This document shows positions 36,814-46,927 of a DNA stretch of 64,000 bases, one piece after another. The notes below the pieces were generated by a model. The model had not been told where the DNA came from. It worked only from the letters and a program-made list of their open reading frames with translations, and did not search any database. A program made the position numbers and the translations under genes. Every line of letters starts with the position of its first letter. The stretch's first letter is position 1. The DNA is taken from positions 1-64,000 of the IMG/VR virus record IMGVR_UViG_3300017917_004503. One strand, 5' to 3'. This stretch comes from a virus.

Positions 36814-38658
36814 ATGTTTTCTGATAATATAAAAGACGGAAAAAAAGATGTTCTTCAGGATGAAAGTAACGTTTGGAGTACTTTAAGAGTAAATGATCTT
36901 TTAAGAAGAATTGATGAGGAGGGTCTGGATTATAAAGAAGTTGATAATCCTTTTCATGATCAGAATCCTGAATTAAAGAGAGCAAATATCTTATGGGAAT
37001 ATACTCCCGAAGAGATAATGGAGATTAAAAAATGTGCTGAGGATGTAACGTACTTTTCTAAGTATTGTCAGGTAATGACTGACGAGGGACTTTCTTATAT
37101 TAGATTGAGAGACTACCAAGTTTCTGTCCTTAGAGAATATCAAGCAAACAGGTTTAATGTTTTTTTAGCCCCACGACAGGTTGGTAAATCGATTACATCT
37201 TCAATTATCTTAGTGTGGTATTTGTTATTCAATCATGATAAAAACGCCATGATTTTAGCAAACGTCGGTGACACTGCAGAAGAATTAATGGATAAGATCA
37301 AGTCGATTATAAAGGGCTTGCCTTTCTTCCTTAAACCTGGAATGGTTGTGAATAATGTTATGTCGATGAGATTCGATAACGGATGTAGAATTTTAGCAAA
37401 AACTACTACCAAAACTTCAGGTATTGGTTTTACTATTCACTTTTTGTATATGGACGAATTTGCCCATATCAATCCAAATTTCATCGAAGCTTTTTTCAGA
37501 TCAACTTATCCAACAGTATCATCTTCTAAAGTCTCTAGAATTATTATCACATCAACACCTAACGGCCTGAATAAATTTCATGAGATTTATCAAGGTGCAC
37601 TAACAGGAGAAAATAGTTTTAATCCCATCCGGGTTGATTGGTGGCAGGTTCCGGGCAGGGATGAGGCTTGGAAACAAAAAGAAATTGGTAACTTAGGTAG
37701 CGAAGAGCTGTTCAACCAGGAGTATGGTAATCAATTTCTGAGCTCGTCTTCCCTCCTTTTAGGATCTAATGAGCTTTTGAAAATTAAAGCTAATCAGACT
37801 GATTATATTTGGAAGGAGATTGACGTCTTACACAATAATGATATAAAATATGAAAATTTATTGTGGCATCCGAAATTTAATCTCGATTTAGCAGATTCTC
37901 CTGGTAAAAAATTTGTTTTAACGATCGATATAAGTGGTGGAGTTAAGGGTGATTTTACAGTTGTTAATATTTTTAAAGTTACACCTTTACCTAAAAATAA
38001 AATTATATCTTTGACTGAATATGAAGATGAATCTGATTTTTTCGGATTGGTTCAGATTGGTATTTTTAGAGATAATGAGATTAAATTAGAAGACCTTGTT
38101 AAACTTGTAAAAGGCTTAGTCAAATCTTTGGGTATAGATAGAGTCAAAATGGCTATTGAAATGAATTTCAAGGGTGAGCTTCTTTATGATAAACTAATTT
38201 CCGATGATGACTATTACGACGAGATGTTTTTATTTACTAAACACTCAGAAGGATCTAAAGTAATGAAGCCAGGAATTAAGTATAATGAAAAGAATAAATT
38301 AAAGTATTGTGAATTGCTGAGAAGTCTGGTTAGAGAAGGAAAAATATTAATAAATGATAAAAAATGGACAATTCCTGAGCTTTTTACATTTGGACTCAAT
38401 AATAGAGGAACATATTCTAGTCAAACTGGACACGACGATGTTGCTATGACTTTGGTTAACCTCCCTGCCCTTTTTGATGGTTATGATTTCAATCAATTGG
38501 TTGGTGATGTGTTCGATGAGCTAGAAAACGAATACAAAGAATTGATTATCCAAAAATTAGAGATGAATTTAAATGGTGATCCCGAAGACCCGTATTCTTC
38601 AAGAGGACCCGTTACCAAGGATGGCAAAAATTATAGCGGATTCAGCAATTTGATGTAA
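36814..38658 (+). CDS. gp17: Terminase large subunit
   Basis: LRDYQ, APRQVGKS, LYMDEFAH, ITSTPNG, FNQEY, nuclease TIDISGG..GDF, HDDVAM. Confidence 0.96.
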   Translation: MFSDNIKDGKKDVLQDESNVWSTLRVNDLLRRIDEEGLDYKEVDNPFHDQNPELKRANILWEYTPEEIMEIKKCAEDVTYFSKYCQVMTDEGLSYIRLRDYQVSVLREYQANRFNVFLAPRQVGKSITSSIILVWYLLFNHDKNAMILANVGDTAEELMDKIKSIIKGLPFFLKPGMVVNNVMSMRFDNGCRILAKTTTKTSGIGFTIHFLYMDEFAHINPNFIEAFFRSTYPTVSSSKVSRIIITSTPNGLNKFHEIYQGALTGENSFNPIRVDWWQVPGRDEAWKQKEIGNLGSEELFNQEYGNQFLSSSSLLLGSNELLKIKANQTDYIWKEIDVLHNNDIKYENLLWHPKFNLDLADSPGKKFVLTIDISGGVKGDFTVVNIFKVTPLPKNKIISLTEYEDESDFFGLVQIGIFRDNEIKLEDLVKLVKGLVKSLGIDRVKMAIEMNFKGELLYDKLISDDDYYDEMFLFTKHSEGSKVMKPGIKYNEKNKLKYCELLRSLVREGKILINDKKWTIPELFTFGLNNRGTYSSQTGHDDVAMTLVNLPALFDGYDFNQLVGDVFDELENEYKELIIQKLEMNLNGDPEDPYSSRGPVTKDGKNYSGFSNLM

Positions 38659-38695
38659 CTACATCTTACGGATCAAATATTCAAATTTTTTTTTC

Positions 38696-38703
38696 GATAT
38701 ATA
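38696..38703 (+). promoter_or_regulatory. Late promoter motif
   Basis: GATATATA before sheath gene. Confidence 0.7.
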
Positions 38704-38733
38704 GCTATGAGCATAAAAATATCTTAAACAATA

Positions 38734-41700
38734 ATGGCAAATAAGGTTAAAATAGACTACTCACAGTTTAGAGCATCAGGGGTTTACACCCTCGAATTTG
38801 ACGCGTCACAAAACGTCATTTTAACTTCTCAAACTATCAGATTAGTTGTTGGGTTCTCTAATAAAGGACCTTTTAATACACCGGTTTATATCCCAGATCC
38901 AACTACAATGGTATCAATTTTTGGTGACATTGACCGATCTCTAGAAAACAGAGGATCTTTTTTCCAAAGATCTATTCTTACCTGTCTAAATGCTGGTCCT
39001 GTTTTCGCTTTAAATCTTTTAAAATTAAATGACGATCTAGAGTCTGCTAGTCCGGATGAAGTTGATTACAGATCATTCTCTGTTGATACTGAAGAATACA
39101 ACGGTGTGTTAACCAATGAATTATACTCTTCTTACTATAACAAAGAAAGATTTTGGTATGCCGATCCTGCATACTTCTTAGCTACTCTTAGCGTTGCTGA
39201 TACCGGAAAAATTCTTAGCTTAACCAATCTTGGTAAATCGCCATGTAGTGTTATTATTAGAAAGTCTACAGATTCATCGAAGCCCCTCAAAGGATATGAT
39301 ATTTTTGCAATAGACTGGTACGGAGCTAACAACGTTCCTACTTTCATGCACCCATATGATTATATGTCTGATTATTTCATTGACATAATCGCTGTATCTG
39401 GTAATTGGACAAATTATTCTGCTTTGTCTGTTGATCCCGAGTGGGCTCAATATTTCACACCGAATGGATTTATAAAGAGTCAAATTGATAACTTCTTATC
39501 TAACCAGAACGTAAATATTGTAATTTCAGTCACTGGATGTATTATCCCTGATTTTGTTGATCTTAATGGGGTGAATCAATACATACAGACATTAGTTAAT
39601 AATGATACACCTTCTACCGGTTTATTCTGTGCTATTGACGAACAAGCTTTTGATGATATTTGTCAAAATCCTTCTAAAATCGATTTAGTTGGTAATCACT
39701 TAATTGATGAACTTACAGGTAATAGGGATTTATCTACTCCTAGAATTAATTTCTTAAGTTATGATCAAGTTCTTGTAGCTGATTATCTCTACACCCAAAA
39801 CGTAATAGGTGTAACCGGTTCTACTGGTTTTATTGGCCCTACTGGAGTTACTGGATATAGCTCAGGGGTTAAAATCGGAACTCTATTCGCTATAGGTGCT
39901 GGACAAACAGCTGGTGTTGCATATCAATCATTTGAACCCTATGACTCTAGTGCTTATGACGCAGGATCACACTATTTGCAAACATCAGGAACTGGTGGAA
40001 CTGCAGGATATTTTGTTACCTCTACTCAGAAAAATGAGCTCAAGACTTTCTTAACTGTTAACTCATCAGATGATCAAAAATTTGTTTTAGGTATCGTTAA
40101 TGGAATGTCTGGAGCAACAGGATCTTTAGTAAGCCAATTTTCTAATTTTGATCTTGTTAAATTGAAAGTAACAGGAACTAAAGATGTGAGCGGAGAACTT
40201 AGAATTTTCTGGTCTCATCCTTTAGATACTTCTTTCTATAGATCACAAGGAATTACGGTTACCCCTGTTTATCAAGTTACTTCTTATAACACTGGTGCTT
40301 CAGGATCAAATAAACCATTCTATACAGATTCATATCAATTTGGTGATTCTGATTACATTGATATTGTGAGTGCAACAACCCCTGACGGTGTTACTGGACC
40401 TAACGCTCCACTTGGTGTTTCTAATGTTCTTCAAGGATATAATTCTTCAGATTTATTCCAAGATTCTAAATATGATGAGATTGCAGATGGCGATTTAGTT
40501 TGGTTAAACTCTTCAGGATCTAGTGTTAATTACCTAAGTTTTGAGGCAGGAGTTGATAGAGATCAGTTTGATTTCGTGAATGTTAGATCTCATACCAATG
40601 TTTCTTTATCCGAAACAACTATAAATAATATAGCAAACTTTGCTACGATGTATGCTTCTGATAATATAGGTTCACCTGTATCTTCTCAGAAATTCGACAT
40701 CATATCACAAGAAGGATCTATAAATTCTTTCATAGAATGTACTAGAATTGATACAACTTCATTTTATGTAAATGAAGATTCAAATGGAAATGTGCCTTTC
40801 TCTGTTGGAGATTTGGTAGTTTCCACTGATCTTGATATCTGCGTTCCAGCTTCAGGAAATCAGCAAAACAGATTGTCTAAAATTACTGTAGTAGCCCAAA
40901 CCACAACAGCAGGACAATATAGAGTGGTTTCTTCAAGACCTGTATTATTCTATTCAAGCGCAGGAACTGGATTCAGAGTTCAAAAATTCCAATCGATAGC
41001 TCAGTTTACTAGATCTTTTGATTTTACATATCTTTCAGGATTTACAATGAAAGAAAGTCACAGACCAAATGGAAGTGACGCTAGAATATCTGAGATATTA
41101 AATGTCATGTATGACACCAATATAGCTAAAACACTTGCTTCTAAGGATGTTATTTCATTTAGATATATTGTTGACACTTTCTCTGGACAGATTCTTCCTA
41201 ATTCGAAGTATCAGCTTTCAAGACTGGCTAAATTGAGACAACAGGCTTTGGCATTAATCAATGCTCCTTCAATGGCTCAGTTCCAGGCAAGTACAGATCC
41301 TAGATTTACTAATGCTCCTACCGCAGCTAATCCGTACCCTAGTTTGAATACTTCTTATATCGTAGACGGAGGTAATCTCTCATTAAATCCAAGCTATACA
41401 TTTAGCTTACCTTCTGAAGAAGAAGGATCTAAATTTGCAGCTTTCTATTCTCCTTATATTACGATCAGAGAAACTAACAGAAATATAAACGTTCCACCAT
41501 CAGCGATGGTTTCTAATAATTTCGTTAGAAAGTTCGCAAACGGAGAACCTTATGCTATTATAGCAGGTCAGAAAAGAGGTATATTAAGTGGAGGCGGAAA
41601 TATAGTAGGTGTAGAATATGACTTCACTGACGAAGATAGAGGAAATCTTGAACCTTTTGGTATTAATCCAATTATCAAGAGAAGAGGAGTTGGAGTGGTT

Positions 41701-42081
41701 ATTTTCGGTAATCAAACAGCTTACCAACAAGTGAATTCAGCCTTCAATCTTGTACACGTTAGAGATTTGCTTATTAGTGTAGAAACCGATGTTCAAACAA
41801 TTTTATCTAACTATCTCTTTGATTTCAACGAGGATAGTATTAGACTCGAGATCAAGACTTTGGTTGATAATTATCTTGACGGTGTAAGAGCAGGAGGAGG
41901 TATTTATCAATACCAAACAATCATGGATGCTTCTAATAACACACCAGCAATTATCGATATGAATATGGGTGTAATAGATGTTATTATTGAACCTGCAAGA
42001 GGAATACAGAAATTCATCAATAGAATTACAGTTACAAGAACTGGAGGAATCTCTTCTGGAGGATTTATCCAATTCGTGTAA
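38734..42081 (+). CDS. gp18: Contractile tail sheath protein with large insertion
   Basis: SGVYTLEFD, VGFSNKGPFNTP, PPSA, AGQKRG, INPI, FGNQT, VHVRDLL, CDA-like MDASNNTP..ID. Confidence 0.92.
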   Translation: MANKVKIDYSQFRASGVYTLEFDASQNVILTSQTIRLVVGFSNKGPFNTPVYIPDPTTMVSIFGDIDRSLENRGSFFQRSILTCLNAGPVFALNLLKLNDDLESASPDEVDYRSFSVDTEEYNGVLTNELYSSYYNKERFWYADPAYFLATLSVADTGKILSLTNLGKSPCSVIIRKSTDSSKPLKGYDIFAIDWYGANNVPTFMHPYDYMSDYFIDIIAVSGNWTNYSALSVDPEWAQYFTPNGFIKSQIDNFLSNQNVNIVISVTGCIIPDFVDLNGVNQYIQTLVNNDTPSTGLFCAIDEQAFDDICQNPSKIDLVGNHLIDELTGNRDLSTPRINFLSYDQVLVADYLYTQNVIGVTGSTGFIGPTGVTGYSSGVKIGTLFAIGAGQTAGVAYQSFEPYDSSAYDAGSHYLQTSGTGGTAGYFVTSTQKNELKTFLTVNSSDDQKFVLGIVNGMSGATGSLVSQFSNFDLVKLKVTGTKDVSGELRIFWSHPLDTSFYRSQGITVTPVYQVTSYNTGASGSNKPFYTDSYQFGDSDYIDIVSATTPDGVTGPNAPLGVSNVLQGYNSSDLFQDSKYDEIADGDLVWLNSSGSSVNYLSFEAGVDRDQFDFVNVRSHTNVSLSETTINNIANFATMYASDNIGSPVSSQKFDIISQEGSINSFIECTRIDTTSFYVNEDSNGNVPFSVGDLVVSTDLDICVPASGNQQNRLSKITVVAQTTTAGQYRVVSSRPVLFYSSAGTGFRVQKFQSIAQFTRSFDFTYLSGFTMKESHRPNGSDARISEILNVMYDTNIAKTLASKDVISFRYIVDTFSGQILPNSKYQLSRLAKLRQQALALINAPSMAQFQASTDPRFTNAPTAANPYPSLNTSYIVDGGNLSLNPSYTFSLPSEEEGSKFAAFYSPYITIRETNRNINVPPSAMVSNNFVRKFANGEPYAIIAGQKRGILSGGGNIVGVEYDFTDEDRGNLEPFGINPIIKRRGVGVVIFGNQTAYQQVNSAFNLVHVRDLLISVETDVQTILSNYLFDFNEDSIRLEIKTLVDNYLDGVRAGGGIYQYQTIMDASNNTPAIIDMNMGVIDVIIEPARGIQKFINRITVTRTGGISSGGFIQFV

Positions 42082-42122
42082 ATTTTGATCAATTTCTAGA
42101 TAAAAGATAAATATAAAAGAAT

Positions 42123-42677
42123 ATGGCAGGATTACCACATTATCAGAACTCACTCTCTGCAACCAATAGGTTTGAACCTGTTTACCTCAACCAGTTTGAG
42201 GTAACAGTTATACCACCAGCGGCTGTTTTGGGAGGAGAGATACTTTTACAGCATGTTACCAAAGTAAGTGGCTTATCTTTGGATAAGAATCCTGGATTAG
42301 TTACTCAGAAGTATAAATTCGCTAAAAGAAACTATGCAGGATCTAAACCGGATAATACTTATATGGATCTAAGCTTAAGTTTTACAGTTAACTTGAACGA
42401 TGACAATTCAATGTATGTTTTTAAGACTTTAAGACAATGGAGTGATTTGATCTATAACCCTTTAACCGGTGCAATGGGATTAAAGAACGATTATGTAGGG
42501 ACTTTAGTTGTTTCTATTTATAATAAACAGGGAGATGTTTTCAGAAGGATAACTTGCAGAGATTGTTACCCAACAAAGCCTGTTAATCCTATGAATCTAA
42601 ATTACACCTCGACTGACATTTATAAAATAGATGACATGACTTGGGCGGTTGATTACTGGGAAGATCTATTCTTATAA
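42123..42677 (+). CDS. gp19: Tail tube protein, paralog 1
   Basis: Follows sheath; NQFEV, RNYAG, LRQWSD, YP, DYW gp19-like pattern. Confidence 0.8.
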   Translation: MAGLPHYQNSLSATNRFEPVYLNQFEVTVIPPAAVLGGEILLQHVTKVSGLSLDKNPGLVTQKYKFAKRNYAGSKPDNTYMDLSLSFTVNLNDDNSMYVFKTLRQWSDLIYNPLTGAMGLKNDYVGTLVVSIYNKQGDVFRRITCRDCYPTKPVNPMNLNYTSTDIYKIDDMTWAVDYWEDLFL

Positions 42678-42694
42678 AAAAAGATTGAAACTAA

Positions 42695-43270
42695 ATGGCA
42701 GGTTTACCACATTTTACAAATTCGAGAGCTGCGATAAACAACTTTGAACCTGTTTATCTAAACCAATTTGAGGTCATTATAAACACACCACCTGGAATTC
42801 CAGATTCCAGCACAACATTTAAAGGTGAGACTATTTTAACCCAACAGGTGAAATCTATTACAGGTTTAGCCGTTGATATTCTTCCGGCTTCTAATGTTGA
42901 GCAAAACTATAAGTTTGCCACAAGGAGATATGCTGGAGGAGAACCTTCAACATCCGATATGACACTCACTATGGAATTTGAAGTTAACTTGAACGATGCA
43001 AATTCGATGACGACATACAAGATATTAAGACAATGGAGTGACTTAATATACAATCCATTAACTGGTGCAATGGGACTTAAGACAGATTATGTTGGATCTA
43101 TGGTTATATCTATTTTTAATAAAAGGGGAGACGTTTTCAGAAGAATCAGAATTCCTTCTTGTTTTTTAAGTGAGGCTATAAATCCAATGGAACTAGATTA
43201 CGAAAACCCTGCTATATACACAGTCAGTACGTCTTGGATATGTGATTACTGGGAGGATCTTTTCCTATAA
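42695..43270 (+). CDS. gp19: Tail tube protein, paralog 2
   Basis: Shares MAGLPH, FEPVYLNQFEV, LRQWSDLIYNPLTGAMGLK, DYWEDLFL with upstream gene. Confidence 0.8.
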   Translation: MAGLPHFTNSRAAINNFEPVYLNQFEVIINTPPGIPDSSTTFKGETILTQQVKSITGLAVDILPASNVEQNYKFATRRYAGGEPSTSDMTLTMEFEVNLNDANSMTTYKILRQWSDLIYNPLTGAMGLKTDYVGSMVISIFNKRGDVFRRIRIPSCFLSEAINPMELDYENPAIYTVSTSWICDYWEDLFL

Positions 43271-43291
43271 GATAGTATCTATAAAAATTAT

Positions 43292-43323
43292 AAAAAAGAG
43301 ACAAATTAATTTGTCTCTTTTTT
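43292..43323. terminator. Perfect 32-bp palindrome, bidirectional-type terminator
   Basis: AAAAAAGAGACAAATTAATTTGTCTCTTTTTT after tail tube genes. Confidence 0.75.
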
Positions 43324-43364
43324 TGTTTTCTGTTATATAATATAAAATAACAGAATTCTGTATT

Positions 43365-44507
43365 ATGGACTTTATGCAAAACTTTTCTCCTGAAGAAATA
43401 CTGAGAAAAAAAGAACTCGAGGGAGGGATTGAATATGATCCAATCCCAAATGATCAGGTATCTGATCCAATTAATAATATACCTCAAACCGAAGATCCAC
43501 CTCAATCTATAATTAAATCACTGGAGAGTAAATCAACAGGAGCTTACGTACCCAACGATCAGATTCCTTCTGAATCTGATCTAATACAACCCGAAACTGA
43601 GCCTGTACAGCAAAATTATCCAAACTCCTTTGGTAAGTCTCAGAAAGTTGCTATGAACGCGCCAGCATCAAATTTAGGATGGAAAAACATACCTATTTCT
43701 TTTTTACCTTCCATGGGAATGTTTTATCCGAATGGAACCAAAATAGCAATAAGAGCTGCGGAGGTAAAGGAAATTAGACATTACTCTACTATCGACGATG
43801 CTGACAATTTGGACATAGAGGAAAAATTATCATATGTCCTCGAAAGATGTTTCAAGATGGAATTTTTAGGAGAAGGTGTTGTTTCTTACAAAGATTTGAA
43901 ACAAGAAGATAGATTTTTTATTATTCTGGCTATTAGAGACCTAACTTTTACCAAGGGCGAGAATATGATAATTCTTAAGCCATATAAAAAATGTAAGGAA
44001 CTTCCAGATTGTCCTTTCTCTGCCGGAATAGAATTAAGAACTGGGGTACTTAACTCTTATGAGATTGACCCTAAAATCCTTCAGTATTATGACGAACAGG
44101 CAAGATGCTTTACTTTCAGTCCTAAAAAATTAGGTAAAAGCATCAACGTTTACATTCCTTCTATTGGTGTAAATCAGGAGATAACATCTTTTATCTCCGA
44201 ATGTTCTAAAAGAAAGATAGAAGTTGATGATGGGTTTATTTCTATAGCTCCTTTTTTATTTAGTGATTGGAGAGATCTTGATTTCAATAGGATATTAGGC
44301 AAGATGAGAGAAATTGATAATTTTTGGAGCAAAGAAGAATATAGTTTATATTTTGAATTGTCCGAAAGAATTAAACTAGGAACGAAATCAGAGGTTAAGT
44401 TAGAATGTCCAACTTGCGGTGAGAAGGAGGTCACCGCTAGCATTACCTTTCCCAGAGGGCTCAGATCTCTTTTCGTTATTACAGATATCTTTGGAGAACT
44501 TTTTTGA
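43365..44507 (+). CDS. gp26-like baseplate hub/tail assembly chaperone
   Basis: LPSMG.FYP, IR...VKE, DRFFIILAIR..T, C..C pairs, CPTCG...GLRSLF. Confidence 0.65.
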   Translation: MDFMQNFSPEEILRKKELEGGIEYDPIPNDQVSDPINNIPQTEDPPQSIIKSLESKSTGAYVPNDQIPSESDLIQPETEPVQQNYPNSFGKSQKVAMNAPASNLGWKNIPISFLPSMGMFYPNGTKIAIRAAEVKEIRHYSTIDDADNLDIEEKLSYVLERCFKMEFLGEGVVSYKDLKQEDRFFIILAIRDLTFTKGENMIILKPYKKCKELPDCPFSAGIELRTGVLNSYEIDPKILQYYDEQARCFTFSPKKLGKSINVYIPSIGVNQEITSFISECSKRKIEVDDGFISIAPFLFSDWRDLDFNRILGKMREIDNFWSKEEYSLYFELSERIKLGTKSEVKLECPTCGEKEVTASITFPRGLRSLFVITDIFGELF

Positions 44508-44685
44508 TGTAAAATTTAGGCTTTGGAATGAACATGGACTGGATCCAGAATGGGTTGAAAATATACCTTTCTATGAATACCAAATATGGATAGATAAACT
44601 AAATAAAGTTATCGAACAGGAAAATGCCGAGACCCAAGCAAAAAGTGGACTGAAGCAGCTTTTCAGCTTTAGTAAGGGTAATTAA
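44419..44685 (+). CDS. gp51-like protein in +1 frame overlapping the gp26-like gene; start uncertain
   Basis: SLENFF..F.L..EH......VENIPFYEYQIW...L...IEQEN resembles T4-like gp51; no ATG in frame. Confidence 0.6.
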   Translation: MRRRSPLALPFPEGSDLFSLLQISLENFFDVKFRLWNEHGLDPEWVENIPFYEYQIWIDKLNKVIEQENAETQAKSGLKQLFSFSKGN

Positions 44686-44691
44686 TTCCTG

Positions 44692-44699
44692 AATATATA
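44692..44699 (+). promoter_or_regulatory. Late promoter motif
   Basis: AATATATA before tape-measure-like gene. Confidence 0.6.
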
Positions 44700-44719
44700 A
44701 AGTAAATTTGTTTTTACAA

Positions 44720-46228
44720 ATGGACAACAACCAGAAATTAATATCACAAATAGCTGACCTTAGCAGAAATCTTAATATTGTTAATGATTCTCTGAAAGCA
44801 AATAACAAGGGTATCGAATCACTTTTAGAAACACAAAAAAAATCGGAAAAGAATAGACAAATAGGTTCCGATAAAAATGCACAATTGGATTCAATATCTA
44901 ATGATTTTTCCACGTTTTCCAAAGATATTAAAGAGATGTCTAAATCTCTTTCTAAAATGACAGAAGCCTTAGAAAATCAGAATCTTAAAAATTTTGATTT
45001 CAAAAGTCAACAAGTTAAAGGATCTTTCCAAAACGGAGGCGTGGCCAAAGAAAGTGGAAACTATATAGTAGGAGAGAACGGTAAAGAAATCGTAACACTC
45101 CCTAAAGGTGCTGGAGTTATCCCAATCAACACTAAAGATTTAATAGAAGGCTTAAAAAAAGTTCCCGAACTATCAGGATTACTTAAGGATGGAGATTCAA
45201 TAAATGTCACTGGTTCAATATCAAGTAGAGATAGGGGAATTTTATCTAACGATGGTAAAAAAATAAGCTTATATAGACTGATTGATAATTACGAAGAGGA
45301 TCTGGCTCTAGCAGATGACAAAGATCCTGAAATTAGCAAAACACTAGAAAAAATTAGTGGATATTTACAATCACTGGAAGCTTTAGATGCAGAAGCTGGA
45401 AAAAGGATTGATGCTGAATTTAATATGATTAGGGAGGAGAGAAGTAAGCTTAAGGAAAAAAGAGGTGGGGAAGAAACTTTTGAAGATTTTAAAGAAAAAC
45501 AAAGAATTTCAGAGGAGATAAAGAAAAAACTCCCTCCCCAAGAATATAATGAACTGGGAATTGCTAAGGCTGAACTTGAAGCTGAGAAAATGATCCTCTT
45601 AAAAAAGACGGAATCTGGTGAGATTAAGAAACCTCAGACTGAAGAAAAAGCTGAATTCACTTCAGCTAAAACCGATTTGAAAAAATCTGTTAAAGAACCT
45701 GAAGTAGAGAAAAAAGAATCTTCTCTATTCTCTAAGATCTCTTCTAGTGCTGGCAGGATAACAGAAGGAGTTGCCGAAAAAACTGGTTTAGGTGGGGTTT
45801 TATCTTTAGCAAAAAAAGGAATTGGTAAACTTTCAGAAAAATCTGTTGCTAAAAGCGAAGCTGAAGTACAAGGATCATCTCAAAATGCTCCTAAAGCAAA
45901 TATGGAAAAGAATATTAGTAAGCTTTCTCCTATACCATCTAAACCTGAAATTAAACCAGAATCTAGTATTTCTGAGAAAAATACACCTACTCAGACTGCA
46001 CCAAAAAGTACACCACCCCAGGCAGCACCATCTAAACAACAGGAGTCTAATCAATCTTCTAAAAAATCAGAAAAGACCTCTTCTACCCCAACAGATAATA
46101 AGGGTATAAGTTCAGATGATCTAAATGATATTAAAGGTGCTCTTATTAGAATTGCATCTTTGTTAGAAGGTCCACTTACTGTTTCTCCGTTGGATTCCCC
46201 ATTTAGACCCGACTCTAGAAGAATATAA
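44720..46228 (+). CDS. Tape-measure/gp29-like protein
   Basis: Helical, FQNGGV...IVGENGKEIV.LP...VIP motif common in tape-measure proteins; follows chaperone pair; late motif 44692. Confidence 0.5.
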   Translation: MDNNQKLISQIADLSRNLNIVNDSLKANNKGIESLLETQKKSEKNRQIGSDKNAQLDSISNDFSTFSKDIKEMSKSLSKMTEALENQNLKNFDFKSQQVKGSFQNGGVAKESGNYIVGENGKEIVTLPKGAGVIPINTKDLIEGLKKVPELSGLLKDGDSINVTGSISSRDRGILSNDGKKISLYRLIDNYEEDLALADDKDPEISKTLEKISGYLQSLEALDAEAGKRIDAEFNMIREERSKLKEKRGGEETFEDFKEKQRISEEIKKKLPPQEYNELGIAKAELEAEKMILLKKTESGEIKKPQTEEKAEFTSAKTDLKKSVKEPEVEKKESSLFSKISSSAGRITEGVAEKTGLGGVLSLAKKGIGKLSEKSVAKSEAEVQGSSQNAPKANMEKNISKLSPIPSKPEIKPESSISEKNTPTQTAPKSTPPQAAPSKQQESNQSSKKSEKTSSTPTDNKGISSDDLNDIKGALIRIASLLEGPLTVSPLDSPFRPDSRRI

Positions 46229-46291
46229 CATTGATTATCAACCCGTTTAAAAATTGTTAATGTTTGATTTTTTCTTCCCGTTTATTTTTAC

Positions 46292-46299
46292 TAGATTTG
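46292..46299 (+). promoter_or_regulatory. Bacteroidota housekeeping -7 element (TAnnTTTG), early promoter for cd/ECF sigma
   Basis: TAGATTTG 16 nt before ATG 46316; TTTG upstream at 46263 (spacing longer than canonical). Confidence 0.6.
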
Positions 46300-46315
46300 T
46301 AAAAATTCTCACAGT

Positions 46316-46921
46316 ATGGAAATCTCACTATCAACCGGAAGCTTTAGTACCTTTCTAGATTTTAACATTTTAGAATCCGGACTCATTGATGTAAACAACT
46401 GGAAGATCTCCCACAACAAAAATGATGGATTCAAAACTATCAAATGGGATAATTCTGAATATCTCAATCCTGAACTATTAACTCTACACGAAAACCAGAA
46501 ATTACTTAGGAATGATTTGATCTATTTAAAAATGGCTTCAATCTGGGGAAAAAATTCACATTGCAAAAGAATGCAAGTCGGGTGTCTTATGGTAAAAGAT
46601 AAATCTATTATATCTGACGGTTATAACGGATCACCCACAGGATTTCCTAATATTTGTGAAGATCAAGATATGACGACTTTACCGTATGTTTTACATGCAG
46701 AGGCCAATGCAATTACTAAATTAGCCAAAAGCACCCAAAGTTCAGATGGATCTACAATATATGTAACACTATCACCCTGTTACGAATGCTCTAAGTTAAT
46801 TATTCAATCAGGAATTAAAAGAGTAGTTTTTAATGAATTATATAGAAAACCTGAGTCTCTTCAATTTCTTTTTGAAGCAGGTATCGAAATTGTAAAAATA
46901 TCTAACCTTAACCAAATTTAA
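46316..46921 (+). CDS. cd: dCMP deaminase with N-terminal extension
   Basis: SHCKRMQVG, GYNGSP, HAEANAI, TLSPCYEC. Confidence 0.93.
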   Translation: MEISLSTGSFSTFLDFNILESGLIDVNNWKISHNKNDGFKTIKWDNSEYLNPELLTLHENQKLLRNDLIYLKMASIWGKNSHCKRMQVGCLMVKDKSIISDGYNGSPTGFPNICEDQDMTTLPYVLHAEANAITKLAKSTQSSDGSTIYVTLSPCYECSKLIIQSGIKRVVFNELYRKPESLQFLFEAGIEIVKISNLNQI

Positions 46922-46927
46922 GTTCAC

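Noticed and set aside
11715-38658. Inteins or introns in uvsX, helicase or terminase
   Set aside because: Lengths and motif spacing are normal; no splice motifs or homing endonuclease seen
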